The notes below the pieces were generated by a model. That model did not search any database, was not told the DNA's origin, and saw only the letters and a program-made list of their open reading frames with translations. Shown piece after piece: positions 19,779-29,473 of a stretch of 64,000 nucleotides of DNA. Position numbers and translations under genes: made by a program. Source of the DNA: Bacteroidales bacterium (lineage in GTDB: Bacteria > Bacteroidota > Bacteroidia > Bacteroidales > WCHB1-69). The stretch is taken from assembly GCA_047638115.1 (NCBI GenBank), contig JBLJBB010000058.1, forward strand, positions 29,830 through 93,829, read 5' to 3'. The stretch's first letter is position 1. Every line of letters starts with the position of its first letter.

Positions 19779-20630
19779 TTACTCTTCTCCCTCAACCAAT
19801 TGTTTGTCAACAAAAATACGACCGCATGCTTCACATACAATAATTTTTTTGTGTAAACGAATATCAAGTTGACGTTGAGGAGGAATCATACTAAAACATC
19901 CACCACATGCTTCTCTATCAATTTGAACGATAGCTAAGCCGTTTCTTGCACCTTTACGAATTCTTTCGAATGCAACAAGAAGTCTTTGATCTACATTAAC
20001 TTTAAGTGTATCATATTGCTCAAGAAGTTCCAATTCTTCTTTTTCTGTATCAGCAATAATATCACTTAACTCGCTCTTTTTTTGCTGAAGAACATCAGCA
20101 ATTTCATTAAGTTTTTCCTCGAATACAGATACCTCTTCAGTTTTTGCCGCTATTTCACTATTAAACTTATTGGTATTCTTTTCGCAAACTTGAATCTCCA
20201 ATTTTTGAAATTCAATCTCTTTAGTAAGAGAATCATATTCACGGTTATTTCTTACATTGTTTTGTTGCTCTTCATATCTTTTAATAAGAGCAATAGATTC
20301 CTTAATTTTGAAATCCTGATCCACAATTTTTTGTTGAAGATCTTTTAAATCCTCTTTGTATTTTGTAATACGGGTTAACATACCCTCATGTGCGTCTTCC
20401 AAATCACTAACTTCATGTGGAAGTTCACCTCTTATAACTCTAATTTTATCAATTTTGGAACAAATTTGCTGAATTTTATACAAAGATAAAAGTTTTTTTG
20501 CAATAGTTTGCTCTTCAATTGTTTCTGTAGAATCAGTATGTTCTACAGGAGTTTCTTGAAAATTTTCAATGTTTCTATTTTCGTTAACATCCACAATATC
20601 AGTGATTTCATCAACTTTTTTCTTAGCCAT
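19779..20630 (-). CDS. Coiled-coil protein with C4-type zinc ribbon (DUF164 family)
   Basis: Long coiled coil, CGGCF...CEACGRI; follows the Nif3 gene. Confidence 0.9.
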   Translation of the reverse strand: MAKKKVDEITDIVDVNENRNIENFQETPVEHTDSTETIEEQTIAKKLLSLYKIQQICSKIDKIRVIRGELPHEVSDLEDAHEGMLTRITKYKEDLKDLQQKIVDQDFKIKESIALIKRYEEQQNNVRNNREYDSLTKEIEFQKLEIQVCEKNTNKFNSEIAAKTEEVSVFEEKLNEIADVLQQKKSELSDIIADTEKEELELLEQYDTLKVNVDQRLLVAFERIRKGARNGLAIVQIDREACGGCFSMIPPQRQLDIRLHKKIIVCEACGRIFVDKQLVEGEE

Positions 20631-20661
20631 AGTATTGTATTCTTTATATATTAAATCTATA

Positions 20662-21759
20662 TTATATCAAATTAATCTCTAATTTCTCATCTTCAGAAAT
20701 ATAGCTTGCAAAATTAGTAAAAAAATCGGTTATCTCGTTGAATATTATTTCTCTTATAAAATTTTCTCCTTCAAAGTGACCAATGTCTGCAACAATCATA
20801 CGATTTTCTGCTAAAAAGTAATCGTGGTACTTAATATCACCCGTTAAATATATATCTGCTCCCATACCAATAGCTTCCATAATAAAGGAAGCCCCCCCAC
20901 CTCCACATACAGCAACTTTTTCAATTTTTCTCTCAATTTTTCCTGAATATTTAATGGATTCTATGTTGAGTTGTTTTTTAACAAATTGTAAAAATGGTTT
21001 TATTTCCATGGGTTCTGGCAAAGTACCAACTCTTCCTAAACCTATTTGATAATTTTGATTATCAAGATTAATGATATCAAATGCAGGTTCTTCATATGGG
21101 TGATGATTGAACACAGCTTCAATTACTTTTTTTTGTGCATGGGATGGAAATATTATCTCAATGCGTTCCTCTGCTACTTGTTCTGGTATTCCGGATTTTC
21201 CAATGGTAGGGTTTGCTTCTTCATTGGGAGTAAAAGTCCCATACCCATTCATATTATAACTACAATTTGAATAGTTTCCTATGTTACCAGCACCAGCTTC
21301 AAAAATGGCATTACGTAGTTTTTCAACGTTATCTTTGGGAGTAAAAACGACCAGTTTCTTAAACATATCCGTTTTAGGTGATAAAACCTTTATATTTTGC
21401 AATCCTAGTTTTTTTGAAAACAAAACATTTCCTCCGTTGATCCCACTATCCATATTCGTATGCATAGAGTAAAGTAAAATTTTATTCTCAATAGCTTTAA
21501 AAACCACTTTTCCTACTCGATTTGTGGGCTCTATTTTTTTTAAACCATTTCTATAAATAATCGGATGATGAGATACCACCATATTGCAATTCTTAGAGAT
21601 GGCTTCTTCAATTACTTTTTCACTGATATCAAAACAAACCATTACTCCTGTAATCTCACGCTCTTTATCACCACATTGAATACCACAATTGTCAAAATCT
21701 TCCTGCCAAAATAGTGGAAATCTTTGTTCAAGTTGGGCAATAACTTCTTTTATTTTCAT
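20662..21759 (-). CDS. Nif3-like dinuclear metal center hexameric protein (long form)
   Basis: DNCG, HHP, HTNMD, HPYEEPA insert, GDIKYH, GHFEGE. Confidence 0.93.
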   Translation of the reverse strand: MKIKEVIAQLEQRFPLFWQEDFDNCGIQCGDKEREITGVMVCFDISEKVIEEAISKNCNMVVSHHPIIYRNGLKKIEPTNRVGKVVFKAIENKILLYSMHTNMDSGINGGNVLFSKKLGLQNIKVLSPKTDMFKKLVVFTPKDNVEKLRNAIFEAGAGNIGNYSNCSYNMNGYGTFTPNEEANPTIGKSGIPEQVAEERIEIIFPSHAQKKVIEAVFNHHPYEEPAFDIINLDNQNYQIGLGRVGTLPEPMEIKPFLQFVKKQLNIESIKYSGKIERKIEKVAVCGGGGASFIMEAIGMGADIYLTGDIKYHDYFLAENRMIVADIGHFEGENFIREIIFNEITDFFTNFASYISEDEKLEINLI

Positions 21760-21777
21760 TTTTGGAATCTGTTATAA

Positions 21778-23622
21778 TTATAATTCTGACGCTTCATCAA
21801 TCTCTTCACGAAGTCGCTCAATGATAAATTGTTGACGGGTAGGATTGTTATCTCCCATATAAAATTCTAAAAGCTTTTCTAAGTTTGTACCTTTCTCTAA
21901 AACTACAGGTTCTAATCGAATAGATTTTCCAATAAATGTTTTAAATTCAGCAGGTGAGATCTCTCCCAACCCTTTGAAACGTGTTATTTCTGGTTTTACT
22001 CCTAATGATTTGATAGCATTTATTCGTTCTTCCTCTGTATAACAATAGATGGTTTTTTGTTTGTTTCTTACACGGAAAAGAGGTGTTTGTAAAATATAAA
22101 CATGTCCTGATTTTACAACATCTGGAAAATATTTAAGGAAAAAAGTCAATAATAACAATCGAATATGTAATCCATCAACATCAGCATCAGTTGCAAATAC
22201 AATATTATTAAATCTTAAACCATCAATTCCATCTTCAATGTTTAGTGCTGCTTGTAATAAGCTAAACTCCTCATTTTCATAAATGACTCTTTTTGTTTTT
22301 TTAAATGTGTTTTGAGGTTTCCCTCTTAAACTAAAAACGGCTTGAGTTCCAGCATCTCTGGATTGTGTAATTGACCCCGATGCAGAATCACCCTCGGTAA
22401 TAAAAATGGTAGATTCCAATCTTCGAGCGTCGTTGGTATTATAATGAACCCTGCAATCTCTGAGTTTGGAGTTGTGTAAACTTACCTTTTTTTGTATCTC
22501 TTTAGAGGTTTTTTTGATATTAGCAATCTCTTTTCTCTCTTTTTCAGATTCTACAATTTTCTTCTGAATACTCTCTGCAACTGAAGGATTCATGTGAAGA
22601 TATTTATCCAATAATCGACCAACAATATCATTTACATAGTTTCTGATAGTTTGCCCACCTGGTTTCATGTGTTGAGATCCCAATTTTGTTTTAGTTTGAG
22701 ATTCAAAAATTGCATTTTTTACTTTTATGGAAAGTGCTGCAACGATTGAGTTTCTAATATCACTAGGGTCATAATCTTTTTTATAGAAATCACGAATCGT
22801 TTTAACAATGGCTTCTCTAAATGCTTGTTGATGAGTTCCTCCCTGAGTAGTATTTTGACTATTAACAAAAGAATGGTACTCTTCGCCATATCTTCTTGTG
22901 GTGTGAACAATAGCAAATTCGAACTCCTCATCTCTGATATGAATGGGTGGATATAACATTTCCCCCTCTACATTGTTGTTAAGTAAGTCTAAAAGACCAT
23001 TTTTTGAAAAATATTTTTTTCCATTAAAGTTGATGCTAAGACCTCTGTTTAAGTAAACATAGTTCCACATCATCACTTCAATATATTCATTATACCAGTG
23101 AAAATTCTCAAATAAAGTTTCGTCTGGAATAAATGAAACCATGGTTCCGTTGGGTTCAGTAGAAGTTTCTATGGGATAATCCATTACAATTTTGCCATTA
23201 GAAAACTCTGCCTTTTTCAGTTTTCCATTAACCCAGCTTTGTACAATAAACTTTGAGGAGAGTGCATTTACAGCTTTTACCCCTACTCCATTCATTCCTA
23301 TCGCAGTTTCATAAGCACTGCTTTCATTAAATTTTCCACCTGTATTAATTTTTGAAACACAATCAACTACACTTTTCAAAGGGATCCCTCTTCCATAGTC
23401 ACGAATAGTCACTTTTTGTTCCTTAATACTTACCTCAATTGTTTTCCCAAAACCTCTCATAAACTCATCAATGGAGTTATCAAGCACCTCTTTAAGAAGC
23501 ACATAGACTCCATCGTCATGAGCTGATCCATCACCTAATTTCCCAATATACATCCCAGGACGCATCCGAATATGCTCATCCCAATCTAATGTAATTATAC
23601 TATCTTCTTTGTAGTCTGACAT
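21778..23622 (-). CDS. parE: DNA topoisomerase IV subunit B
   Basis: HIRMRPGMYIG, EVLDNSIDE, TEGDSASG, TDADVDG, TRFKGLGE; ATG 23622 lies downstream of a -7 box at 23650-23657. Confidence 0.9.
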   Translation of the reverse strand: MSDYKEDSIITLDWDEHIRMRPGMYIGKLGDGSAHDDGVYVLLKEVLDNSIDEFMRGFGKTIEVSIKEQKVTIRDYGRGIPLKSVVDCVSKINTGGKFNESSAYETAIGMNGVGVKAVNALSSKFIVQSWVNGKLKKAEFSNGKIVMDYPIETSTEPNGTMVSFIPDETLFENFHWYNEYIEVMMWNYVYLNRGLSINFNGKKYFSKNGLLDLLNNNVEGEMLYPPIHIRDEEFEFAIVHTTRRYGEEYHSFVNSQNTTQGGTHQQAFREAIVKTIRDFYKKDYDPSDIRNSIVAALSIKVKNAIFESQTKTKLGSQHMKPGGQTIRNYVNDIVGRLLDKYLHMNPSVAESIQKKIVESEKERKEIANIKKTSKEIQKKVSLHNSKLRDCRVHYNTNDARRLESTIFITEGDSASGSITQSRDAGTQAVFSLRGKPQNTFKKTKRVIYENEEFSLLQAALNIEDGIDGLRFNNIVFATDADVDGLHIRLLLLTFFLKYFPDVVKSGHVYILQTPLFRVRNKQKTIYCYTEEERINAIKSLGVKPEITRFKGLGEISPAEFKTFIGKSIRLEPVVLEKGTNLEKLLEFYMGDNNPTRQQFIIERLREEIDEASEL

Positions 23623-23680
23623 CTTTGTAGTAGTGAATTTTTTAACCTGCAAATATACGGTTTTTTATCGAAAAAAACTC

Positions 23681-23718
23681 AAAAAAAGCACTCCAAAATC
23701 TCTTTCGGAGTGCTTTTT
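23681..23718 (-). terminator. Intrinsic terminator after pnp
   Basis: AAAAAGCACTCC/GGAGTGCTTTTT inverted repeat with T runs. Confidence 0.8.
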
Positions 23719-23737
23719 AAATATATAGGGTTGACGA

Positions 23738-26020
23738 TTAGTATCTGGAATTTCTTCTGTCTCCTCCTCTGTCTCCATCTCTTCTATCTCTGCTATCGCG
23801 ACCACCATCTCTACGATCTCTGCTATCGCGTCCTCCGCCATTTCCACGAGGACGATCACCCTCTGGACGTGGTGCACGTGGAGCTGGTTCTACCCAACCT
23901 TCTGGTTTATCAAGAAGTACTCTATGAGAAAGTTTGTATTTCCCAGTTTTTTCATCCACAGCGATCAACTTCACACGAATCTCATCACCTACTTTTAATA
24001 CATCTTCCACATTTTCAACGCGTTTGTAAGCGATTTCAGAAACGTGTAAAAGGGCATCTACATTAGGAAGAATCTCAATAAAAGCACCAAAAGCAGTGAT
24101 ACTTTTCACTTTTCCTTCATAAATTTCACCTACTTCTGGAACAGTTGTGATCGCTTTGATTCTCTTAACTGCTGCTTGTACGTTTTCAAGATTTGCAGAT
24201 GCAATATCAATAATACCCACACCATCTTTCTCTTCAATACTGATAACGGTATTGGTTTCTCTTTGCATCTCTTGAATAATTTTTCCTCCAGGTCCAATAA
24301 CGGCTCCAATAAACTCTTTTGGAATCACTAATTTAACAATTCGAGGCACAAATGGTTTGTAGTCTTCTCTAGCTTCAGAGATCGCTTCTTCCATTACATT
24401 TAAGATATGTAAACGACCCGCTTTTGCTTGCTCTAATGCTTCAGACATAATTTGAGAAGACAACCCGTTCACTTTGATATCCATTTGACAAGCTGTGATT
24501 CCATCTCTGGTTCCACAAACTTTAAAGTCCATATCTCCTAAATGATCTTCATCACCTAAAATATCGGAAAGGATCGCATAATTTCCAGTTTTCTCATCGG
24601 TAATTAAACCCATGGCAATCCCAGATACTGGTTTTTTGATTTTTACACCACAATCCAACAACGCTAAAGTTCCTGCACAAACGGTTGCCATTGAAGAGCT
24701 TCCGTTAGATTCAAGAATGTCAGAAACAATACGAACGGTATATGGGAAATCGGTAGAATCAAAAGGGATTACAGATTTTAAAGCTCTATGAGCCAAATTG
24801 CCATGTCCAATCTCTCTTCTTCCTGCACTCATAACTCTTTTTACTTCACCTACAGAGAATGGAGGAAAGTTATAATGTAACATAAATTTGCTGGTGCCAT
24901 CAATAATAGCTCCATCAATATTTTGTTCATCCAATTTTGTTCCTAAAGTTACTGATGTAAGTGATTGTGTTTCACCACGAGTAAACACAGCAGAACCGTG
25001 TACTGAAGGTAAATAGTTTGTTTCGATCCAGATTGGACGAATTTGATCAGTTTTTCTACCATCCAAACGAACTCTTTCGTTTAAGATCATAGCGCGCATC
25101 GCATCAAATTGTACATCGTGGTAATATCTTGCTGCTAACATTTTTTTAGCTTCTCGATCCTCTTCAGGAATAGATTCTAAAAATTCAGCAAGAATTGCTT
25201 CAAAAGCATCTAAACGTTCATGTTTAGCAGTTTGTGCTGTTGCAATAGTATATACTTTATCGTAAGTTGCTTCATACACCAACTTTTTCAACTCTTCGTC
25301 GTGTGTTTCGTGACAATATTCTCTTTTTGGGTTAGCTTTTTCAACTTTAGCAGCAAGGTCTAATTGTGCTTGACATTGTTGTTTGATCGCTTCATGAGCA
25401 AAAACCAACGCTTCCACCATGTCAGCTTCAGAGATCTCTTTCATCTCACCTTCCACCATCATGATGTTTTCTAAAGTAGCGGCAACGATCATATCAATAT
25501 CGGAGTTCTCTAGTTGTTCAACGGTTGGGTTGATCACCAATTCTCCATTCACTCTACCCACTCTAACCTCAGAAACGGGGCCTTCAAATGGGATATTAGA
25601 AACGGCAAGTGCAGAAGATGCAGCTAAACAAGCCAATGCATCAGGTAGATTATTTTTATCACCAGAGATCAAGTAGATTAATACTTGAGTTTCTGCGTGG
25701 AAATTATTTGGGAAAAGTGGTCTAAGAGCACGATCCACCAAACGTGAAATTAAGATTTCATATTCTGAAGGACGCGCTTCTCTTTTGAAAAATCCCCCTG
25801 GGAATCTTCCCACAGCGGCATATTTTTCTTGGTATTCAACTTGAAGTGGCATAAAATCCACATTTTCATTGGCTTCTTTTTTAGCACAAACGGTAGCTAA
25901 AAGCATGGTGTCACCCATTTTAACGACAACAGAACCATCGGCTTGTTTCGCTAATTTTCCAGTTTCAATAGATACTTCTCTTCCATCTGCAAGGTTGAAA
26001 GTATGTGTAATTCCTATCAT
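23738..26020 (-). CDS. pnp: Polyribonucleotide nucleotidyltransferase
   Basis: [36 protein letters not shown] and S1 domains. Confidence 0.98.
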   Translation of the reverse strand: MIGITHTFNLADGREVSIETGKLAKQADGSVVVKMGDTMLLATVCAKKEANENVDFMPLQVEYQEKYAAVGRFPGGFFKREARPSEYEILISRLVDRALRPLFPNNFHAETQVLIYLISGDKNNLPDALACLAASSALAVSNIPFEGPVSEVRVGRVNGELVINPTVEQLENSDIDMIVAATLENIMMVEGEMKEISEADMVEALVFAHEAIKQQCQAQLDLAAKVEKANPKREYCHETHDEELKKLVYEATYDKVYTIATAQTAKHERLDAFEAILAEFLESIPEEDREAKKMLAARYYHDVQFDAMRAMILNERVRLDGRKTDQIRPIWIETNYLPSVHGSAVFTRGETQSLTSVTLGTKLDEQNIDGAIIDGTSKFMLHYNFPPFSVGEVKRVMSAGRREIGHGNLAHRALKSVIPFDSTDFPYTVRIVSDILESNGSSSMATVCAGTLALLDCGVKIKKPVSGIAMGLITDEKTGNYAILSDILGDEDHLGDMDFKVCGTRDGITACQMDIKVNGLSSQIMSEALEQAKAGRLHILNVMEEAISEAREDYKPFVPRIVKLVIPKEFIGAVIGPGGKIIQEMQRETNTVISIEEKDGVGIIDIASANLENVQAAVKRIKAITTVPEVGEIYEGKVKSITAFGAFIEILPNVDALLHVSEIAYKRVENVEDVLKVGDEIRVKLIAVDEKTGKYKLSHRVLLDKPEGWVEPAPRAPRPEGDRPRGNGGGRDSRDRRDGGRDSRDRRDGDRGGDRRNSRY
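23775..23834. repeat. 30 bp tandem duplication in the pnp 3' low-complexity tail
   Basis: CCATCTCT.C.ATCTCTGCTATCGCG at 23775 and 23805; encodes RDSRDRRDG twice. Confidence 0.75.
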
Positions 26021-26088
26021 TTTCTTCTTTTTAAATTTTTTTGTTTCTTTTGTTTTCTCTTTTCTATAAAACTAGACCCTTAATAATG

Positions 26089-26122
26089 AAAAAAAAGGCA
26101 ATTTCATTTGAATTGCCTTTTT
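26089..26122 (-). terminator. Intrinsic terminator / processing hairpin between rpsO and pnp
   Basis: AAAAAGGCAATT/AATTGCCTTTTT inverted repeat. Confidence 0.75.
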
Positions 26123-26142
26123 GAGAGACTGCTCTAAGGAGC

Positions 26143-26412
26143 TTATTTTCTTAAACCAAGTTTTTTGATGAGCGTTCTATAACGTTCAATATCTTGTTGT
26201 TTCATATATTCTAATAATTTTTTTCTCTTACCAACCAATGCAATAAGTGATCTTTTAGTAGAAAGATCTTTTTTATTTTGTTTTAGGTGTTCAGTAAGGT
26301 GTTTGATTCTGTGAGTAAAAAGCGCAACTTGGCTTTCTGGAGAACCTGTATCAACGGATGTTTTTCCGTATTCTTTGAAAATTTCTTGTTTAACTTCTGG
26401 TGTTAAATACAT
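26143..26412 (-). CDS. rpsO: 30S ribosomal protein S15
   Basis: MYLTPEVK..DTGSPESQVALFT..LGLRK; ATG 26412 lies downstream of a -7 box at 26459-26466. Confidence 0.98.
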   Translation of the reverse strand: MYLTPEVKQEIFKEYGKTSVDTGSPESQVALFTHRIKHLTEHLKQNKKDLSTKRSLIALVGKRKKLLEYMKQQDIERYRTLIKKLGLRK

Positions 26413-26540
26413 AATAATTGTCTCTTTTTTAATATTTTCCTTTAATTTTTTCGAGGTGCAAAAATACAAATTTTTTTAATACAAATGAAATAATTTTTTT
26501 ATTATTATAAAGATGTAAAAATTTGAACGAAATTCTGAAT

Positions 26541-26971
26541 TTTTAGCTGTAAGGTTTTGGGTTTCAAGTTTTCATTTAAAAATTTTATTAACCACAAAGA
26601 TAACAAAGTTAAATCACAAAGAACACAAAGAAAAATACTGCAAATCTCTTCTGCGTTAATCTGCGAAATCTGGGGGCTAAAAACAAAAAACAATCTCCCG
26701 CAGATCATGCTAATTTACGCAGAAAATTGAACCACATACTAAAAAAAATCATAGAGTTAGAGAATAAAATAGGGTCACAGTGTTTCACAGAGTTAATGTT
26801 TCGTATTTAATTCGTGAATTCGTGGCTTAATAATTAAATTAGCAAATCAAGAAGATTAAACCTTTTAATCTTAAACTTTTTAACCTTTAAACAGCGAAGC
26901 GTTAAACCTTTAAACCTTAAATCCAATTTATAAATCATAATTCTTGAACCTTGTACCGTGCACCGTGAACC
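26541..26971. repeat. Mosaic of short-period (7-10 bp) direct and inverted repeat modules
   Basis: CACAAAG x4, CTGCG/CGCAG inverted arms, CACAG.G, TTCGTG x3, TTAAACCT array around AGCGAAGCG, (T/G)TG.ACC x4. Confidence 0.8.
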
Positions 26972-26979
26972 TTTTTTCG

Positions 26980-26987
26980 TATTTTTG
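26980..26987 (+). promoter_or_regulatory. -7 promoter box (TATTTTTG) for pyrC-xseA-PHP
   Basis: TAnnTTTG consensus ~22 bp before the ATG. Confidence 0.6.
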
Positions 26988-27009
26988 CATATATTAAATT
27001 TTAGAAAAA

Positions 27010-28203
27010 ATGTGGATTAAAAACATTAGATTAGTAGACGATATTCAAGATTTTATGGGAGATATTGAATTCGAAAATGGCATAATTACTCAAATTGGGC
27101 AAAATATTTGTTCAGATCCTGAAGCTATTGAGATGAAAAATAAAGATTTGGTTCTTTTTCCCGCTTTTACAGATCTGCATGTTCACTTCAGAGATCCAGG
27201 TTTTACATATAAAGAGGATCTTCACTCGGGAAGTAGAGCTGCTCTGAAAGGGGGGTATACCGCTGTGAATCTTATGCCAAATACAAATCCAATAGCTAGT
27301 TCCATAGAGATTGTAAGAGATGTTGAATCAAGAGCTAAAGAGATAGGACTTATTACAGTGAATCAAACGTTAAGTATGACTAAAAATCTGAAAGGGGTAG
27401 ATTTTGAACATCTTAAAGCTTTAAAAAATAGTGAAGTACTTTTTGTTACTGATGATGGAAAAGGGGTAAATGATGATGCAGTTATGTTAGAAATCTTTAA
27501 GATTTGTAAAGAGAAGAATGTAACTATTATGTGTCATGCTGAAGATAGTAAATTCAGTAAAACGGATATGAGAATTGCTGAAAATAACATGACATTCAGA
27601 GATATCGAACTTTTTAAACAAATTGGAGGTCATCTCCATTTTTGTCATGTGAGCACCATAGAAGCGATTGAAGCGATTCAAAAAGCGCAAGAGGAGGGTT
27701 ATAATGTCACTTGTGAAGTTACACCGCATCATATTTTTGCTACTGGTGATGAAGTTAATCATTATAGAGTGAATCCACCATTTAGAGAACAGGAAGATAT
27801 CGATGCACTTATCAAAGCTCTTAAAAATGGAGTTGCTTGTGCCATCGCAACGGATCATGCACCTCACACATTGGATGAAAAAGCTGCGGGTGCACCGGGT
27901 ATGATAGGATTGGAACTGGCATTTCCTCTCTGTTATACAAAATTGGTAAAAAATGGTTCTTTAACTCTGCAAGAACTTGTCAAAGTGATGTCAACAAATC
28001 CTTCTCAGATGATGAAACTTAACAAAGGCAGATTGGAAGTTGGTAAGGATGCTGATTTTGCTATTTTTGATTTAAATCGTGAAGTTACCTTTTTTGAAGA
28101 TCAATTTGAATCAAAATCTGTAAATACCCCTTTTATAAATTACACTGTTTTGGGTAAAATTGTTTCTACAATTCGAAAAGGTGTCTTTTTTAACTGGAAC
28201 TAA
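27010..28203 (+). CDS. pyrC: Dihydroorotase (type I, multifunctional-complex type)
   Basis: DLHVHFRDPG, MPNTNP, CEVTPHH, VNPPFR, ATDHAPH, SKSVNTPF. Confidence 0.92.
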   Translation: MWIKNIRLVDDIQDFMGDIEFENGIITQIGQNICSDPEAIEMKNKDLVLFPAFTDLHVHFRDPGFTYKEDLHSGSRAALKGGYTAVNLMPNTNPIASSIEIVRDVESRAKEIGLITVNQTLSMTKNLKGVDFEHLKALKNSEVLFVTDDGKGVNDDAVMLEIFKICKEKNVTIMCHAEDSKFSKTDMRIAENNMTFRDIELFKQIGGHLHFCHVSTIEAIEAIQKAQEEGYNVTCEVTPHHIFATGDEVNHYRVNPPFREQEDIDALIKALKNGVACAIATDHAPHTLDEKAAGAPGMIGLELAFPLCYTKLVKNGSLTLQELVKVMSTNPSQMMKLNKGRLEVGKDADFAIFDLNREVTFFEDQFESKSVNTPFINYTVLGKIVSTIRKGVFFNWN

Positions 28204-28214
28204 TACAATTTACC

Positions 28215-29471
28215 ATGGGGGTTGCCAGAGAAACTTTTAACGAAAGACCAGTATATTCACTTTTTGAAATTTCGAAGAGTATTGAAAGTGTATTTGCCAA
28301 AAATTATACACGTGCATATTATATCAAAGCTGAAATTTTAAAGTTAAACCATTATCCTCACTCGGGACATTGTTATCCCGAATTAGTTGAAAAAGAAAAT
28401 GGCAAAATCAAAGCGCAACTACGAGCCATTATTTGGTCCACTCAATTTAGAGAGATCAATGAACGCTTTATTAAAGTAACAGGAGATCCCTTAAAAGAGG
28501 ATATTGGTATTTTATGTCTTGCTACCATTGAATTTAGTGCACAACATGGATTAAGCTTACATATACAAGATATTGAACCCACTTTTACTTTGGGAGAGCT
28601 TGCAAAAAATAAGCAAGAAGTGATTCAAAAACTCAAAAAAGAGAATATTTTTAATGCTAATAAACTTAAAAAACTTCCACTTGTTCCAAAAAGAGTTGCT
28701 ATTATTTCTGTAGAAACCAGTAAAGGGTATAGTGATTTTATGGTCACTCTGGAACAAAATCACTGGAATTATAGATTTCAATGCACTCTGTTTCCCTCCA
28801 TTCTTCAAGGAGATAAAGCAATTACAACCATAACCCAACAACTTGATAACATTTTAATGAGTATCCTAGATTTTGACTGTGTGGTTATTATTAGGGGTGG
28901 GGGAGGAGATGTTGGATTAAGTTGTTATGATCATTATCTTTTAGCAAGTAAAGTTGCTACATTTCCACTTCCAATAATAACAGGGATTGGTCATTCAACC
29001 AATGAAAGTATTACCGATATGGTTGCATTTGCCAATAAGATAACCCCTACAGAAGTGGCCTATTTTCTGATACAACAATTTCATAATTTCTCTATACAAA
29101 TTGACGAACTACAGTCTAAATTAGTCAATAAAACTATGGAAATTCTTAAAGAACAAGATTATTTCTTTGCTCAAATTGAGAGCATTATGGAACATACCGT
29201 TGATAAGTGGACCCATAGGAAAAGAAAAGAATTGGAAAATATGATTCAATTTCTGAAATTATATTATGTAAAGTTTATAGATCAGCAAAAAAGCAAAATA
29301 ACTCAAATGGATACAAAATTAGAACTCTTACATCCTGAAAATGTTCTTAAAAGAGGTTATAGTATCACATATTTTAATGGAAAAGCGATAAAAGATGCCT
29401 CCATATTAGAAAAAAACGATCAAATCATAACCCATTTTTTAAAAGGGGAAATAACTAGTACTGTTCAATAA
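28215..29471 (+). CDS. xseA: Exodeoxyribonuclease VII large subunit
   Basis: OB fold SGHCY, IIRGGGG, ITGIGH, TPT, LHPENVLKRGYSI. Confidence 0.93.
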   Translation: MGVARETFNERPVYSLFEISKSIESVFAKNYTRAYYIKAEILKLNHYPHSGHCYPELVEKENGKIKAQLRAIIWSTQFREINERFIKVTGDPLKEDIGILCLATIEFSAQHGLSLHIQDIEPTFTLGELAKNKQEVIQKLKKENIFNANKLKKLPLVPKRVAIISVETSKGYSDFMVTLEQNHWNYRFQCTLFPSILQGDKAITTITQQLDNILMSILDFDCVVIIRGGGGDVGLSCYDHYLLASKVATFPLPIITGIGHSTNESITDMVAFANKITPTEVAYFLIQQFHNFSIQIDELQSKLVNKTMEILKEQDYFFAQIESIMEHTVDKWTHRKRKELENMIQFLKLYYVKFIDQQKSKITQMDTKLELLHPENVLKRGYSITYFNGKAIKDASILEKNDQIITHFLKGEITSTVQ

Positions 29472-29473
29472 TT

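Noticed and set aside
21778-23622. parE without adjacent parC
   Set aside because: The two subunits are often unlinked in Bacteroidales; not informative from one window
23665-24066. Short ORFs 23665-23877 (-) and 23710-24066 (+)
   Set aside because: Alternative-frame and antisense shadows of the low-complexity pnp 3' end
26413-26469. N-terminal extensions of rpsO, parE (23623-23652) and the aminotransferase (52054-52095) in the ORF track
   Set aside because: Each extension overlaps the gene's own TAnnTTTG box, so the downstream ATG is the likely start
26505-26708. 67 aa ORF on the minus strand
   Set aside because: Lies entirely within the repeat stack; its sequence (PQISQINAE, LCVLCD) is the translation of the repeats and it has a weak start
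26541-26971. Possible CRISPR array
   Set aside because: No constant 23-47 bp repeat with unique spacers and no cas genes in the window
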